From a phage, in the NCBI GenBank assembly GCA_025611195.1, contig GCA_025611195.1_4718.2: DNA of 64,000 bases; one strand, given 5' to 3'. Under the pieces are notes generated by a model. It ran no database searches. It was not told where the DNA came from and saw only the letters and a list, made by a program, of their open reading frames with translations. Positions 17,387 to 29,701 of this stretch are shown here, piece by piece. How positions within the stretch are numbered: position 1 is the stretch's first letter; every line of letters starts with the position of its first letter. The position numbers and the translations under genes were made by a program.

Positions 17387-18340
17387 TCACGTCCTTGCTT
17401 TATAGGGTTGGATCTCATTGATACGTTTAACCACAACCTCAGGGAAAAGTTTGAGGATTTCGTCAGGTGGTGTCGTACCTTCTGTCCAACGATAACGTTC
17501 AACCTTCTCGATGCGTGGACTCCCTCCGACGTCAGCGATACGAAAGATACAGGCGATGCCTAAATCAAAACACACGCTGTAAATATCTTCCGTGCCCCCT
17601 TTATCAGCAAGTATTTTCGCAAAATGCTCGTTATCAGGAAGAATGGCTAAATTACGTATACACCAAACGTTATTACCCATTTCTTCAAGTTTTGGGTAGG
17701 TTAAAGTGTGTCCGTATTGTGTTAACCATCGATGATTTTCTAGGTAGAAGTCCTTATCCCCTGGCCGGTAACCCAATATCACTCTGGTGTAGAAGAGATT
17801 GGGCATGTCGAGCAGTTCTTGAATCGTTGGACCGGTATACTCCCAGAGACAGATTTGTTTGCGGTCTATATCGTAATCTGTGACGTTACTCACCTCCCAA
17901 CTTATCGTAAGTTCGTCAACAACATGCCAACCGAAAGTGTGTTCGCCGCCAAGCAGATTAACAATAGCTGATATCTCATGCTTGTCAAATACCCCCAAAT
18001 TACACGGTGGCTGCATCGTACGTAATGGTTCCCACAACACACTGTAATCATAGAGCAAATGGCGACATAAACTTTTTGTTAAGGGTGTATGTTCAGTAAA
18101 CAGTGGAAGAATCACCGTATCTAACAGTGGACGTAATGGATGGTTGTCAGGTGGTAGAGGAGAAACCAGACGACCTCCTTCTTTAGGGTAATCAAGACCA
18201 AACCCGTAACGCTCCGAAATGAGTGCGATCAGCACTTTTGCTACGCGGTTACGCAACATGCGATGGATATCATCACTGTAACTGAATTTAGGTCTATTAC
18301 CGCAAACGAAGGTGATGTATCTAGGCGTTAGTTCAGCCAT
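17387..18340 (-). CDS. hypothetical protein
   Basis: 317-aa ORF; no motif recognised. Confidence 0.55.
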   Translation of the reverse strand: MAELTPRYITFVCGNRPKFSYSDDIHRMLRNRVAKVLIALISERYGFGLDYPKEGGRLVSPLPPDNHPLRPLLDTVILPLFTEHTPLTKSLCRHLLYDYSVLWEPLRTMQPPCNLGVFDKHEISAIVNLLGGEHTFGWHVVDELTISWEVSNVTDYDIDRKQICLWEYTGPTIQELLDMPNLFYTRVILGYRPGDKDFYLENHRWLTQYGHTLTYPKLEEMGNNVWCIRNLAILPDNEHFAKILADKGGTEDIYSVCFDLGIACIFRIADVGGSPRIEKVERYRWTEGTTPPDEILKLFPEVVVKRINEIQPYKART

Positions 18341-18349
18341 GGTCTTTCC

Positions 18350-18796
18350 TTAATCCAAATAGTACGTGATGGATAGGTCTTTTCCATCGAACACGATATC
18401 CGTGCAGTCATGGATTGTCGGCAACACCATTTTTGCCGCTACTGGAACATACGCCTGCAACTCCATGAGGTTGTCCATACGGAATGCACGGCGCACCATC
18501 AACGGTGTTAGCGTAAACGTTACGCTGACGTTACCGCCCTGAGTCAAGTGCATTATCGCATGCCCGTGATCGCACCAACAATGGTTTTCGATCCATCCGG
18601 TGTAAATCAGAATGTTTTTATCTTCGTCGTAATAAGCAATACCGGTCTGCTTTAAACGACTGGTAAATCGAGAAGCTTGCTCGTAGCCCGCACGCAACAT
18701 TCGAGCAACCAGTCGGGTATTGTTAGCAATTCGATTCTGTTCGTTGGTTTTTGTGGTTTTGAAAAGTTCGATACGTTCTGCTTTTGTAATTTGCAT
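18350..18796 (-). CDS. hypothetical protein
   Basis: 148-aa ORF. Confidence 0.5.
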   Translation of the reverse strand: MQITKAERIELFKTTKTNEQNRIANNTRLVARMLRAGYEQASRFTSRLKQTGIAYYDEDKNILIYTGWIENHCWCDHGHAIMHLTQGGNVSVTFTLTPLMVRRAFRMDNLMELQAYVPVAAKMVLPTIHDCTDIVFDGKDLSITYYLD

Positions 18797-18798
18797 GA

Positions 18799-19215
18799 TT
18801 ACTGTCCTAATGAATTGCGTTTAAATAATTGGATGTATGGGGTACCGAATAAAGGGTTGTATGACTGTATTTGGTTCTCCTCTGACTCGTAATACTCGAT
18901 AGGCCACGATACTGGTTTAGGTAGACGATCTAATGCTTGCAACACAGCAAGTTTAACTCTACTACTTTCAACCGGAAATGGGAGTGCCGTTGACGAACAG
19001 AATACTCGTGTTCGATGTAGGTAAATGAGACGCCGTTGCAGCTTAGATAAACGCCTACGCTTGATTAAGAAACCCGTTACATGGCAATCGGGATGATCGC
19101 AGTGATACCGTATACTATCGAAATACACCTCTTCTCTTCTAACAACGAGATACTTTATCGCTTGCATGAAAGAGTAGCGGCGTAATTCTCCATTAGCCAA
19201 CTTAACACGAATCAT
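18799..19215 (-). CDS. hypothetical protein
   Basis: 138-aa ORF with Cys/His cluster (YHCDHPDCH). Confidence 0.45.
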   Translation of the reverse strand: MIRVKLANGELRRYSFMQAIKYLVVRREEVYFDSIRYHCDHPDCHVTGFLIKRRRLSKLQRRLIYLHRTRVFCSSTALPFPVESSRVKLAVLQALDRLPKPVSWPIEYYESEENQIQSYNPLFGTPYIQLFKRNSLGQ

Positions 19216-19814
19216 TACTTAGGTTCCAGTATTGGTCCGAACAACCAGAATGTCAGACGCTGGTAAACCTGTTCGATGACGGCGGCTTCTGTTTGCTCTT
19301 CTAGTGCTTTCCCTTTCTTATGTTGTATTTCTGGCGGGATGTCTCCGCTGTAAACATACTCTGTTGAGAAGTCCCACGCCAACCGTTTACCGAAAGTGGG
19401 TAAGAACACCTCTTCGAATCGGAACGCTTTCGAATTCCAATGAAGCAGCTGATCGGATTCAACATGTAAAGCTTTATTACGTTTGCTTGGCATGTTTCCG
19501 AAGTACTGAACGATAGCTGATTTCATAACCCGATCGACGAAGTCTTTGGCTTCGGCCTCATCGAGGGGAGGCAAGCGATGCGACAGATTCAACTTACGTT
19601 GTTCGATATCGATCTTACGCATTGCTTTAATCAAATCACTAGGGACGATTTTACCTTTATGTCCTTCCTGTCGGTGTACGAAACACCCCTGGAATAGCAC
19701 GCAAAGTTCTTGAGGTGCGGTACTTTCCATTCGTCCGTAAGCAACGATCACCGAACGTCGACGGTCAATAACTTCACGGATAAACCGCGGCTCAGTAATA
19801 CTCACCACTGTCAT
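19215..19814 (-). CDS. hypothetical protein
   Basis: 199-aa ORF. Confidence 0.5.
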   Translation of the reverse strand: MTVVSITEPRFIREVIDRRRSVIVAYGRMESTAPQELCVLFQGCFVHRQEGHKGKIVPSDLIKAMRKIDIEQRKLNLSHRLPPLDEAEAKDFVDRVMKSAIVQYFGNMPSKRNKALHVESDQLLHWNSKAFRFEEVFLPTFGKRLAWDFSTEYVYSGDIPPEIQHKKGKALEEQTEAAVIEQVYQRLTFWLFGPILEPK

Positions 19815-19858
19815 TTAAAGCCCTCTTTATCTTTTTCCATTTCTCTTTACATAACCAA

Positions 19859-20545
19859 TTAAGACGTCGCCATCTTATCTTCCAGAGACTTCTTCGGTAA
19901 ACCATGGATAACTCCTTCCGGGGTTAAGAACACACAGTCTGGATTCTGCGTTCGTGAGCGGTCGTCTGGACTGTTCAACGAGAACAGCAACGCAGAAATA
20001 CCTTTCGTCCGATTTAATGCCGCTACGATCACATCAAGCTGTCGCAGCGCATCCGACACCGTTCGATGAGGAACAATACGTGACTGTTTGAAGCTGGCTA
20101 ACCGCCAAGTCTCGAACAAACAACGTAGTTTAAACACGTCGGACGGAATAGCAGTAGATCCCTGTTCGATAACCTCAACACGATCAGCTTCAGGATAACC
20201 TACAGCAACCGCACTAAAGTGTCTTACCCCATTATGAAAATCATCGATAGATGCTTCGGCGTATTTACATACCGTACCAGAAACGACCATCACTTTTGCT
20301 AAACCGCGATAATTGATCGTCAATGGAATACGAAATACGCGCAAAGCATGTTCTGGATTTAATGAGACGTCGTTAACCTTTGTTGCGGTCAACTTACCAC
20401 GCTCGTAACGTGCGGTGAACGGCAGCCCGTCATAAACGGGATTAATCACAACGCCCCCTGGGGAGGCGTTAGCGTTAAGATGGACATTAAGCCAATCGGA
20501 TACTTCCTGTCTACTAGTTACGATTAACATAAAACGGTCCTCCAT
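19859..20545 (-). CDS. hypothetical protein
   Basis: Start moved to ATG 20545 (AAAGGAAAAG upstream), which removes the overlap with the methyltransferase gene. Confidence 0.5.
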   Translation of the reverse strand: MEDRFMLIVTSRQEVSDWLNVHLNANASPGGVVINPVYDGLPFTARYERGKLTATKVNDVSLNPEHALRVFRIPLTINYRGLAKVMVVSGTVCKYAEASIDDFHNGVRHFSAVAVGYPEADRVEVIEQGSTAIPSDVFKLRCLFETWRLASFKQSRIVPHRTVSDALRQLDVIVAALNRTKGISALLFSLNSPDDRSRTQNPDCVFLTPEGVIHGLPKKSLEDKMATS

Positions 20546-20555
20546 TTCTTTTCCT

Positions 20556-21206
20556 TTATTCATGACGAGTATCTTCCAAATCATCCCTTTGTTTTGTAAA
20601 TTCTGATTGCTTGCGATAAACCGTCCATGAATCGTATATGCCGTGAAAGTTCAAATGACGTGCATTTAAGTTAACGGTGAATTCTTCCACAGAGGAGAAA
20701 TCCGAACGAAGCATCGAATGGAAGGCGTCATCTCCGGTGCAGCCCCCGTATCCCTCACCCTGATAGATCAAAAGCTGATGTGGTTGAATACGCGCGGCAA
20801 CCAACGCAGCTTGTGGTTCGTCGTAAGGTGGCCATGACAGTAAAATAACATCGTACTGTGAAAGATCGATGTTTGTGTAGTCGACCTGCTGAATGTCCTC
20901 GATAAACGGATGGGGATGTACTTTAATATCGTACGCGGTAACATCCTCTACACCGAGTTTACGCAGGACGTAAGTCAGGTAACCTGTCCCACAACCCAAG
21001 TCAGCGACGCGTCGCCCGTAACAGATGTTCGCTAACTGGAGCGCGGTATCCATAGTTAACAACGACCATCCAACGCGTTGTGTGTATTCTTCACGTACAT
21101 CCCATTGTTGATGGAACGTCATGGGTTCTATGATATTAGCAAGCTGCTGGTACGGCAACGGCATTTTGGTTTCGCCTTGCGTGAGTAAAGCAATAACATC
21201 GTTCAT
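20556..21206 (-). CDS. SAM-dependent methyltransferase (Rossmann fold), substrate unknown
   Basis: Motif I VADLGCGTGY, then about 45 aa later ILLSWPPY, resembling the (D/N/S)PPY motif IV of amino-methyltransferases. Start moved to ATG 21206 (AAGGAAAC upstream). Confidence 0.65.
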   Translation of the reverse strand: MNDVIALLTQGETKMPLPYQQLANIIEPMTFHQQWDVREEYTQRVGWSLLTMDTALQLANICYGRRVADLGCGTGYLTYVLRKLGVEDVTAYDIKVHPHPFIEDIQQVDYTNIDLSQYDVILLSWPPYDEPQAALVAARIQPHQLLIYQGEGYGGCTGDDAFHSMLRSDFSSVEEFTVNLNARHLNFHGIYDSWTVYRKQSEFTKQRDDLEDTRHE

Positions 21207-21223
21207 TTTGTTTCCTTTTATCA

Positions 21224-21249
21224 GCATAAACCCTCCCATACCGGGAGGG
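21224..21249 (-). promoter_or_regulatory. stem-loop CCCTCCC-ATACC-GGGAGGG followed on the minus strand by TTTATGCTG
   Basis: Perfect 7-bp stem at 21231..21249 just after the stop of 21255..21683; TTTATGC at 21224..21230 (minus), 15 nt before the methyltransferase Shine-Dalgarno. Confidence 0.55.
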
Positions 21250-21254
21250 CACGA

Positions 21255-21683
21255 TTATTCATTTTCAATAACTTTAAGATTCGGTGTACCGAGCGTTTTC
21301 TTCACCAACGCCTCAGCAATGCGTTTCTCGATGAAATCGGTCGCATTGCTTCCGTCTATCGTACGCATATCACCACGGAAATTGTTGAAGACCATAAACA
21401 AGTCACACCCGTCGATAGGTATCGCAAGATCGTAACTGACTTGTGATGCGGTGAAATGGACGCCAACGACAACGGCGGGAACGAATTCAACCGCCATGTT
21501 ATCTCCTTCTTCTCCGGTTCCGAATGGAAGTTCAACACGATCGCCGATAGAGAATTGAGTGACATCATTAATTGCGTTCGTTAATGCAATTCGTTGCATG
21601 TTAGCGATATTTTCATTATTCGCACCACAAGGTAGATCCAGGACTTCTTCCAATGTGAAGAATTTACGATCGAACCAGCTCAT
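21255..21683 (-). CDS. hypothetical protein
   Basis: 142-aa ORF. Confidence 0.5.
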   Translation of the reverse strand: MSWFDRKFFTLEEVLDLPCGANNENIANMQRIALTNAINDVTQFSIGDRVELPFGTGEEGDNMAVEFVPAVVVGVHFTASQVSYDLAIPIDGCDLFMVFNNFRGDMRTIDGSNATDFIEKRIAEALVKKTLGTPNLKVIENE

Positions 21684-21684
21684 G

Positions 21685-22218
21685 TTAATCTCCTTTGTGT
21701 TTTACGGACGATGTTAACCACGATGATCTTACAGTGAAACCCTCAGACTCGTAGAACGCCTGGGCTTCATCGTTATCGGCACGAACATCCAGGCCGATAG
21801 AATGCCCACCACATCGGTAAGCGATGTTACGTGCTTCATTCATCAAGGCGTGGCCGATCCCGCGTCCACGGTATTCCGGTTTTACAACAATCGATGTAAC
21901 ATCGTGAATGCCCATTTGGCTCTCTGTATTCACTTCCAAGAGGCCTACTGGTATCGAAGCGATGGCGTCGATCATAACGACCAACTTTGCGGTGTCCGGT
22001 AAACGCTTCTCTAATTCTAAGGCATCGTACTCGCGTTTTAAATCGGGGATATTCTCAAACATAAACGTGGTAGCCCATGCCTCTGATTCTACATCGTCGA
22101 GAATACGGTACAGCTCACGAATCTGTCGTTTATGCGGGTAAAGGTGTGGATCGGCAGCCGTTGAGGCGATAACGCAATAGAACGGCCGTTCATTAATAAC
22201 TACTGTTTTGATGCTCAC
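21685..22218 (-). CDS. GNAT-family N-acetyltransferase
   Basis: Acetyl-CoA binding motif VVKPEYRGRGIGHALMNEA and C-terminal AQAFYESEGF. Confidence 0.75.
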   Translation of the reverse strand: MSIKTVVINERPFYCVIASTAADPHLYPHKRQIRELYRILDDVESEAWATTFMFENIPDLKREYDALELEKRLPDTAKLVVMIDAIASIPVGLLEVNTESQMGIHDVTSIVVKPEYRGRGIGHALMNEARNIAYRCGGHSIGLDVRADNDEAQAFYESEGFTVRSSWLTSSVKHKGD

Positions 22219-22721
22219 GCTAAAATTCCCTCATTACCTAACAGTCGATTACGGTGACGTCGGTACATTTGACAAAGTGTTGTGATTTGATAAAGTTTGT
22301 TATAACGTAATTCGATACGTTTTTGCACCTCTTTCCATGAAAGTTTATCGTATTGCCGATAACGATGAATTTCATTCAACATACGAAGACGAGTAGGATC
22401 GGTATTCTTTATTGTTGTGAGCTTCACGCGTTGGTATCCACGCTGTAGTCCCGATTCAGAATACGTGACGCCAAACTCATCTTGAATGGTAGTAATTATC
22501 TCCCGCCATCGGCGCTTCTCGCCGTCACGTAAATGGACAACCCGCGATAAGATATCGTTCCGATTACGATGACTCAGTTTAATGTTAAGCATTGAAGCAA
22601 TCGCGCTGATTGCTCTCTGACTCCGCCCTAACGCTTCACCGATCTCTTTCGATGTCATGACGCCAGCGTTTCGGCGTATGAATGCGATTTCGGTTGTTGT
22701 GTATTCTTTACCTGCTGCCAT
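22215..22721 (-). CDS. Myb/GcrA-like HTH protein, tandem paralog 1
   Basis: Repeat YTTTEIAFIRRNAGVMTSKEIGEALGRSQRAISAIASML plus C-terminal W..I....EF......Y motif. ATGA overlap with the next gene. Confidence 0.6.
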   Translation of the reverse strand: MAAGKEYTTTEIAFIRRNAGVMTSKEIGEALGRSQRAISAIASMLNIKLSHRNRNDILSRVVHLRDGEKRRWREIITTIQDEFGVTYSESGLQRGYQRVKLTTIKNTDPTRLRMLNEIHRYRQYDKLSWKEVQKRIELRYNKLYQITTLCQMYRRHRNRLLGNEGILA

Positions 22722-23185
22722 TTTTTACCACGCGTGTTATAATAGTAACGCTGACAAAGATGTGTGTGATGGTACTCCCGTTTGAACTCGACATTGATAA
22801 TGCGAGTAACTTCTCTCCATCTGACCCCTTCATGTCGCAGTGCTGTGATACGGTCTGAAATTTTGCACCATTCATCTGGGTCGTATCGTCGCAGTTTATG
22901 GCGTCGTATTACGGAGGCGACACTCGCTCTCGATCGGCCAAGATGGTTTGACAGTTGTTTAACCGAGTATCTGTGGATATTGTCGCGAATATAGGAAATC
23001 TCGTTGTCCGTATATGCCTCATTGGTTCTTGACGAAGGGAACAACATATACAACTTATTCTTAATCGCGCTTTCTGTGCGTTGAAACACGGTAACCAGAT
23101 CACTAATCGGTGGTCTGGGTATCTGATCCGCGTAATTCTCGAGGCGTGAGAGTTCCTCATCTGTCCAGCGGCGGTACTTGCGCAT
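22655..23185 (-). CDS. Myb/GcrA-like HTH protein, tandem paralog 2
   Basis: Start moved to ATG 23185 (AAGGAG upstream). Repeats RRWTDEELSRL... and YTDNEISYIRDN...LSNHLGRSRASVASVIRRHKL. Confidence 0.7.
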   Translation of the reverse strand: MRKYRRWTDEELSRLENYADQIPRPPISDLVTVFQRTESAIKNKLYMLFPSSRTNEAYTDNEISYIRDNIHRYSVKQLSNHLGRSRASVASVIRRHKLRRYDPDEWCKISDRITALRHEGVRWREVTRIINVEFKREYHHTHLCQRYYYNTRGKKWQQVKNTQQPKSHSYAETLAS

Positions 23186-23660
23186 GGGCAACTCCTTTGT
23201 TTTTCGTGTAATAGCACCAACGTTGATACAACGCATGTTTATTCGTTGTAATCCCAAATTTAACAACAACGTCGTATGTGATAATATTCCAATTTTGGGT
23301 GACGTTAAGTCGTTCCGCGATAAACGCGATAATCGCTTCCCGTTCTTGCTTGGTTAACGCACGACGAATTCCATTAAGTCGTATAAACTGACGAACCGAG
23401 TCATACGAACGGTTTAAATCATACGCAATCTCCCGCAACGATTTTTGTCTGATTACAGACTTGATGTACGCACGTTCTTCTTCCGTATACGGTCGATGCT
23501 TCTGGCGTTGACGTATTCCCAAACGCCCCAGACACGCGTCGATGCTGGCGCGTGTTCGTCCTGCCTGTTGCGCGATTTCATCAATCGTCAGCGACGTGTT
23601 CAAGTACAGATGTGTAACATCTTTTAACTCATCGTTACGCCACGGCCGAGGTCGTCCCAT
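23157..23660 (-). CDS. Myb/GcrA-like HTH protein, tandem paralog 3
   Basis: RPWRNDELKDV...IDEIAQQAGRTRASIDACLGRL and YTEEERAYIKSV...IAYDLNRSYDSVRQFIRL. AAGAGGGA before ATG. Confidence 0.7.
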   Translation of the reverse strand: MGRPRPWRNDELKDVTHLYLNTSLTIDEIAQQAGRTRASIDACLGRLGIRQRQKHRPYTEEERAYIKSVIRQKSLREIAYDLNRSYDSVRQFIRLNGIRRALTKQEREAIIAFIAERLNVTQNWNIITYDVVVKFGITTNKHALYQRWCYYTKNKGVAHAQVPPLDR

Positions 23661-24138
23661 CTTGTATCCCTCTTTTCTTTCTATGATGCCACCAACGCTG
23701 ATAAACAGCTTGCTTCGTACGTGTTATGCCAAAATGCGCATTAACCCGTTCAGCAATGTGGTACCAATCCTGCGTTTCTTCTAACAATGCATCAACGAAG
23801 GCTATGAAGATCTTAGTATCATCCTCGCTTAACCGCTTGAAGCCATGGCGGTGTGCTATTGTTCGAATACTGTTTGGATCTCTGTTTAAATCGCGCGCAA
23901 GCTGTTTGTAACTTTTGTGCTTACAGTGTAGTCTGATATGTTCCAATTCATCGTCGCTGAAACGTTTATGCGGTTTACGGCGTTCGACGTTTAAGTACCT
24001 CAACCTTGATTCGATTGCTCCATACGTCGTTTCCATGATTTCCGCGATTTCACGGATTTTCAATTTCGGACGACGGTCGTACAATTTCAGCAACTGTTCG
24101 TCGTACTGACGATTCCATCGTCGTATAGGTGGTCTCAC
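23635..24138 (-). CDS. Myb/GcrA-like HTH protein, tandem paralog 4
   Basis: GTG start at 24138 with AGGAGAA upstream. RRWNRQYDEQLLKLY...IAEIMETTYGAIESRLRYL and FSDDELEHIRLH...LARDLNRDPNSIRTIAHRH. Confidence 0.65.
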   Translation of the reverse strand: MRPPIRRWNRQYDEQLLKLYDRRPKLKIREIAEIMETTYGAIESRLRYLNVERRKPHKRFSDDELEHIRLHCKHKSYKQLARDLNRDPNSIRTIAHRHGFKRLSEDDTKIFIAFVDALLEETQDWYHIAERVNAHFGITRTKQAVYQRWWHHRKKRGIQDGTTSAVA

Positions 24139-24151
24139 AACTAAGATTCTC

Positions 24152-24619
24152 CTATTCTACGCGTCTTAATGCCTGAGTGTAGTAAAGAGTATGAACTCCG
24201 CTTAACGTGTAATGGGTGTTAAATTCTTTATTGATGATATTCCGTATTCTCTCCCAGGTTTTCTTCTCTTTTCTAAGAGTATGTATTCGGTGATAAATCA
24301 TCTCTCGACGTTGCGCCTTGCATGCGACGATGCCGTAGCGGTAGCAGAGTTTAGCGATCGCGTCCACGCTACGATTGAACATTACCGCGGCTTCTTTCAC
24401 GCTGTGCGTCTTGAGATAATCGGCTAACATTACCCGCTCTTCGAAACAACAATAGCGATGACGCGACATGAGTTTCCAACGCTTGCGATTGCGGTTAATT
24501 CGACCTTGAACCGAACCTTCCGTTCGGCCAAGCCGTACCGCAATCTCTTGCATCGGGATACCGTTTCGATAGAGGGTAATCAACAACGCATCTTCTTCGG
24601 GTGTCCAGTCCTTGACCAT
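24152..24619 (-). CDS. Myb/GcrA-like HTH protein, tandem paralog 5
   Basis: KDWTPEEDALLITLYRNGIPMQEIAVRLGRTEGSVQGRINRN resembles the GcrA N-terminal HTH (WTDE...L...G.S...IA..LG..RNAVIGK..RL). GGGGTGG before ATG. Confidence 0.7.
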   Translation of the reverse strand: MVKDWTPEEDALLITLYRNGIPMQEIAVRLGRTEGSVQGRINRNRKRWKLMSRHRYCCFEERVMLADYLKTHSVKEAAVMFNRSVDAIAKLCYRYGIVACKAQRREMIYHRIHTLRKEKKTWERIRNIINKEFNTHYTLSGVHTLYYTQALRRVE

Positions 24620-24631
24620 AATGCCACCCCA

Positions 24632-27292
<2,661 letters not shown>

Positions 27293-27339
27293 GTTGTCGT
27301 TTCCTCCATACGAAACCAAAAAATTGTCAAAATGTACAT

Positions 27340-27379
27340 CGGCATAACACCCGTGTCCGCCCGCGATGGGAGGGACACG
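27340..27379 (-). promoter_or_regulatory. stem-loop CGTGTCC/GGACACG followed on the minus strand by GTTATGCCG
   Basis: Inverted repeat 27352..27379 after the stop of 27400..28008; TTATGCCG at 27340..27348 (minus) upstream of the 27008..27292 start. Confidence 0.45.
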
Positions 27380-27399
27380 AGCAATACGCTTTTATTTCT

Positions 27400-28008
27400 T
27401 CAAGACTTCACAACACATTCGACTTCGTCGTTCATATAGGCTTCGTATAAAGACAGCACTTCCTTCATTTTAATTTCAGGTAGCGCGACGGAACGAATCG
27501 CTTTCAGGATATTCCGTGTTTGATGATGTTTAACCTTCGCTTCACGTAGTTTACAGAATTGACGGATGCAGGTATTAACTTTACCACCTTCCGCACGTTC
27601 GAGGGCGACGTGCAGTTTCAGATCCAGTAATACTTCCGTGAGTTCCTGGGTGGCGGGATCGTTACGAATAAGTCGCACCGTCCGTTCATCCGGATTCAGC
27701 ATCGTAAGGTACTGAAGCTTGATCTGCTCAGGTACGGGTTTCGTGTTCATCATGATGGTGTCAAACTGTTCCTTAACATCCAACTCATTGAACACATAAC
27801 GTTCGATGTGTACGACGTGCGCTTTTCCTGACTCGCCATAAACCGCCATCGCACGATAGTCATCGAACAACACGACATACATCAGATCTTGTTCCGGTCC
27901 GGTGGTACCATCGATGAGCTTCGGTGCATACTTCTTAAAGAAGCCGCAACGAACCGCCTCATCCGGCATGAGCGTCCACGCATTAACGGGTTGCTTTACG
28001 AGTTCCAT
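27400..28008 (-). CDS. hypothetical protein
   Basis: Start moved to ATG 28008 (GAGGTG upstream). Confidence 0.5.
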   Translation of the reverse strand: MELVKQPVNAWTLMPDEAVRCGFFKKYAPKLIDGTTGPEQDLMYVVLFDDYRAMAVYGESGKAHVVHIERYVFNELDVKEQFDTIMMNTKPVPEQIKLQYLTMLNPDERTVRLIRNDPATQELTEVLLDLKLHVALERAEGGKVNTCIRQFCKLREAKVKHHQTRNILKAIRSVALPEIKMKEVLSLYEAYMNDEVECVVKS

Positions 28009-28276
28009 GTAACACCTCATCAAGATTATCACTTACACCTGGCGGTACCACGATGCCGGTACGAATCACAGCAGCAACTTCCTGCATGCCTTTACCCTTC
28101 AACGCATAGGTTTCATGTACCACATTACGTCGAGTCGTTAATCCAACAAATTTACATACAACCATGTTGTTTTCTGAAAGATAAGCGGTGTCGAGTTCAC
28201 CGTGCAACAATTCTTTTTCTTTGGTATCGATGCCTAATAACGCAATTTGATAAGCGGAAAGTTTCCAATAACGCAT
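27983..28276 (-). CDS. hypothetical protein
   Basis: Start moved to ATG 28276 (GGGTGA upstream). Confidence 0.5.
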   Translation of the reverse strand: MRYWKLSAYQIALLGIDTKEKELLHGELDTAYLSENNMVVCKFVGLTTRRNVVHETYALKGKGMQEVAAVIRTGIVVPPGVSDNLDEVLHGTRKATR

Positions 28277-28292
28277 GTTATCACCCAAACTG

Positions 28293-28709
28293 TTAAGAAG
28301 CGTCCTGTTTAATGTTGATGACTATTTCCGTTCGAACCGGATTGGTCAGTACGGTCTGCATGCGTTCAAGCATCATTGGGTTATCCGTAACCACCACATC
28401 GGCGTAACACAACGGATGACTTTCGAACGCTTCGGTGTCACTTACTAACAGAACGCCCATCACATTTACGTATTGCGGTATGCGACCACGAATGCGTTGC
28501 CACATGTCTTGAGTAAGGTCTTCGCTTTCTAATGCAACCACGACAACAGGACTGATATTTACCGGGAAACGCGGATGCACCGTGCGGCGAAACGTTATCC
28601 AGCTTTCGACGTGGGATAATGCAAGCTCGAGAGAACAGCATTTTGGAGAAATCTGTATGTTTATTTGCTGAATCAATGAAAGGGGGTTTTGTACAGTCGC
28701 TTCAGCCAT
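28293..28709 (-). CDS. hypothetical protein
   Basis: 138-aa ORF abutting the upstream gene. Confidence 0.5.
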   Translation of the reverse strand: MAEATVQNPLSLIQQINIQISPKCCSLELALSHVESWITFRRTVHPRFPVNISPVVVVALESEDLTQDMWQRIRGRIPQYVNVMGVLLVSDTEAFESHPLCYADVVVTDNPMMLERMQTVLTNPVRTEIVINIKQDAS

Positions 28710-29687
28710 TTACTTTTTCCTGAAAATCAATGTCGGTAAGCCGTTTCTTACAGCATAATACAACACTAAGAGGTTAATCTTGCCTGCGGATACCGTAAGC
28801 ATTTTACGACGACGCGGTAAACTAACCGGTACCGTCGACGCCATCGTCGCACTGTTCTTGAACGTTTGGGAATAACGTCGCAGCGACGCTTCACCTAACA
28901 ACGGAAGGAACAGATCTTCGGTAAGAATATCATCGCAGATATACGTAATCGCAAGTAACGGCGGATTCCACTCGTTCAGGAACTCGAAAATCTCGTTTGC
29001 GATACCCAATACATTATTAGGAAGCGGAACCTCACGAACGTATTTCTGATTGCCTTTATCCAGCAGGATTCTCGACATACAGTAGTCGTGGATTATACCC
29101 GCAACGTCATCGGCTGTTTCTGCCGTCTGCATCAACGCTTGTGCTTCTTCCCAAGCCAGCTGACGTTTTGTTTCGTAATAGGTTGGTTTCAAAACCGCGT
29201 AAAAATCATGGATTAAACGACCAACGTCGCCACGGGTTTTCTCAGCCAGCGCGATTGCGTACGCTTTCTTCTCCGCATCCGTTAAGATCTGATTACGCCA
29301 CAGTTCATATTCGTCTAACAGCTCGGTGTATTTGGCGGTCCAGTCAGAGGAAAGATAATAACCGATGCTATCAATCAACGCCTTCGTTAAAACACCCAGA
29401 CGTTCGCGTCTCGGATCGACCGACGGCTCATAGACGAAAGGCAGCTTCGGTTTTTCAAAACCACTGGCTACGACGGTATCTGAAAAAGCGTTCGCGAAAA
29501 CACCCATCGGTTTCCATGACGTAAGGAGATCCTGATATAGCATCGGATGAACGTTATTGATCGCTGTGAATTTATCGTCGAAAAGACTCACGCTTGGATG
29601 TTCGGCATTCGCAAGTTCAAAATAAATTATTTCGAGCAACGCCTTTACCGCATCGCGTGTCTTATCGATAGGGCCAACAGAAGCCAT
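28710..29687 (-). CDS. hypothetical protein
   Basis: 325-aa ORF with GAGGA before ATG. Confidence 0.55.
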   Translation of the reverse strand: MASVGPIDKTRDAVKALLEIIYFELANAEHPSVSLFDDKFTAINNVHPMLYQDLLTSWKPMGVFANAFSDTVVASGFEKPKLPFVYEPSVDPRRERLGVLTKALIDSIGYYLSSDWTAKYTELLDEYELWRNQILTDAEKKAYAIALAEKTRGDVGRLIHDFYAVLKPTYYETKRQLAWEEAQALMQTAETADDVAGIIHDYCMSRILLDKGNQKYVREVPLPNNVLGIANEIFEFLNEWNPPLLAITYICDDILTEDLFLPLLGEASLRRYSQTFKNSATMASTVPVSLPRRRKMLTVSAGKINLLVLYYAVRNGLPTLIFRKK

Positions 29688-29701
29688 TTAAATTATCCTC
29701 G

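Noticed and set aside
17467-17883. Plus-strand ORFs nested antisense in minus-strand genes (for example 17467..17883, 25608..25907, 29141..29524, 46007 upstream extension, 57798..58166)
   Set aside because: They overlap longer, better-supported minus-strand genes that have Shine-Dalgarno sequences and recognisable domains. Their compositions are typical of antisense frames.
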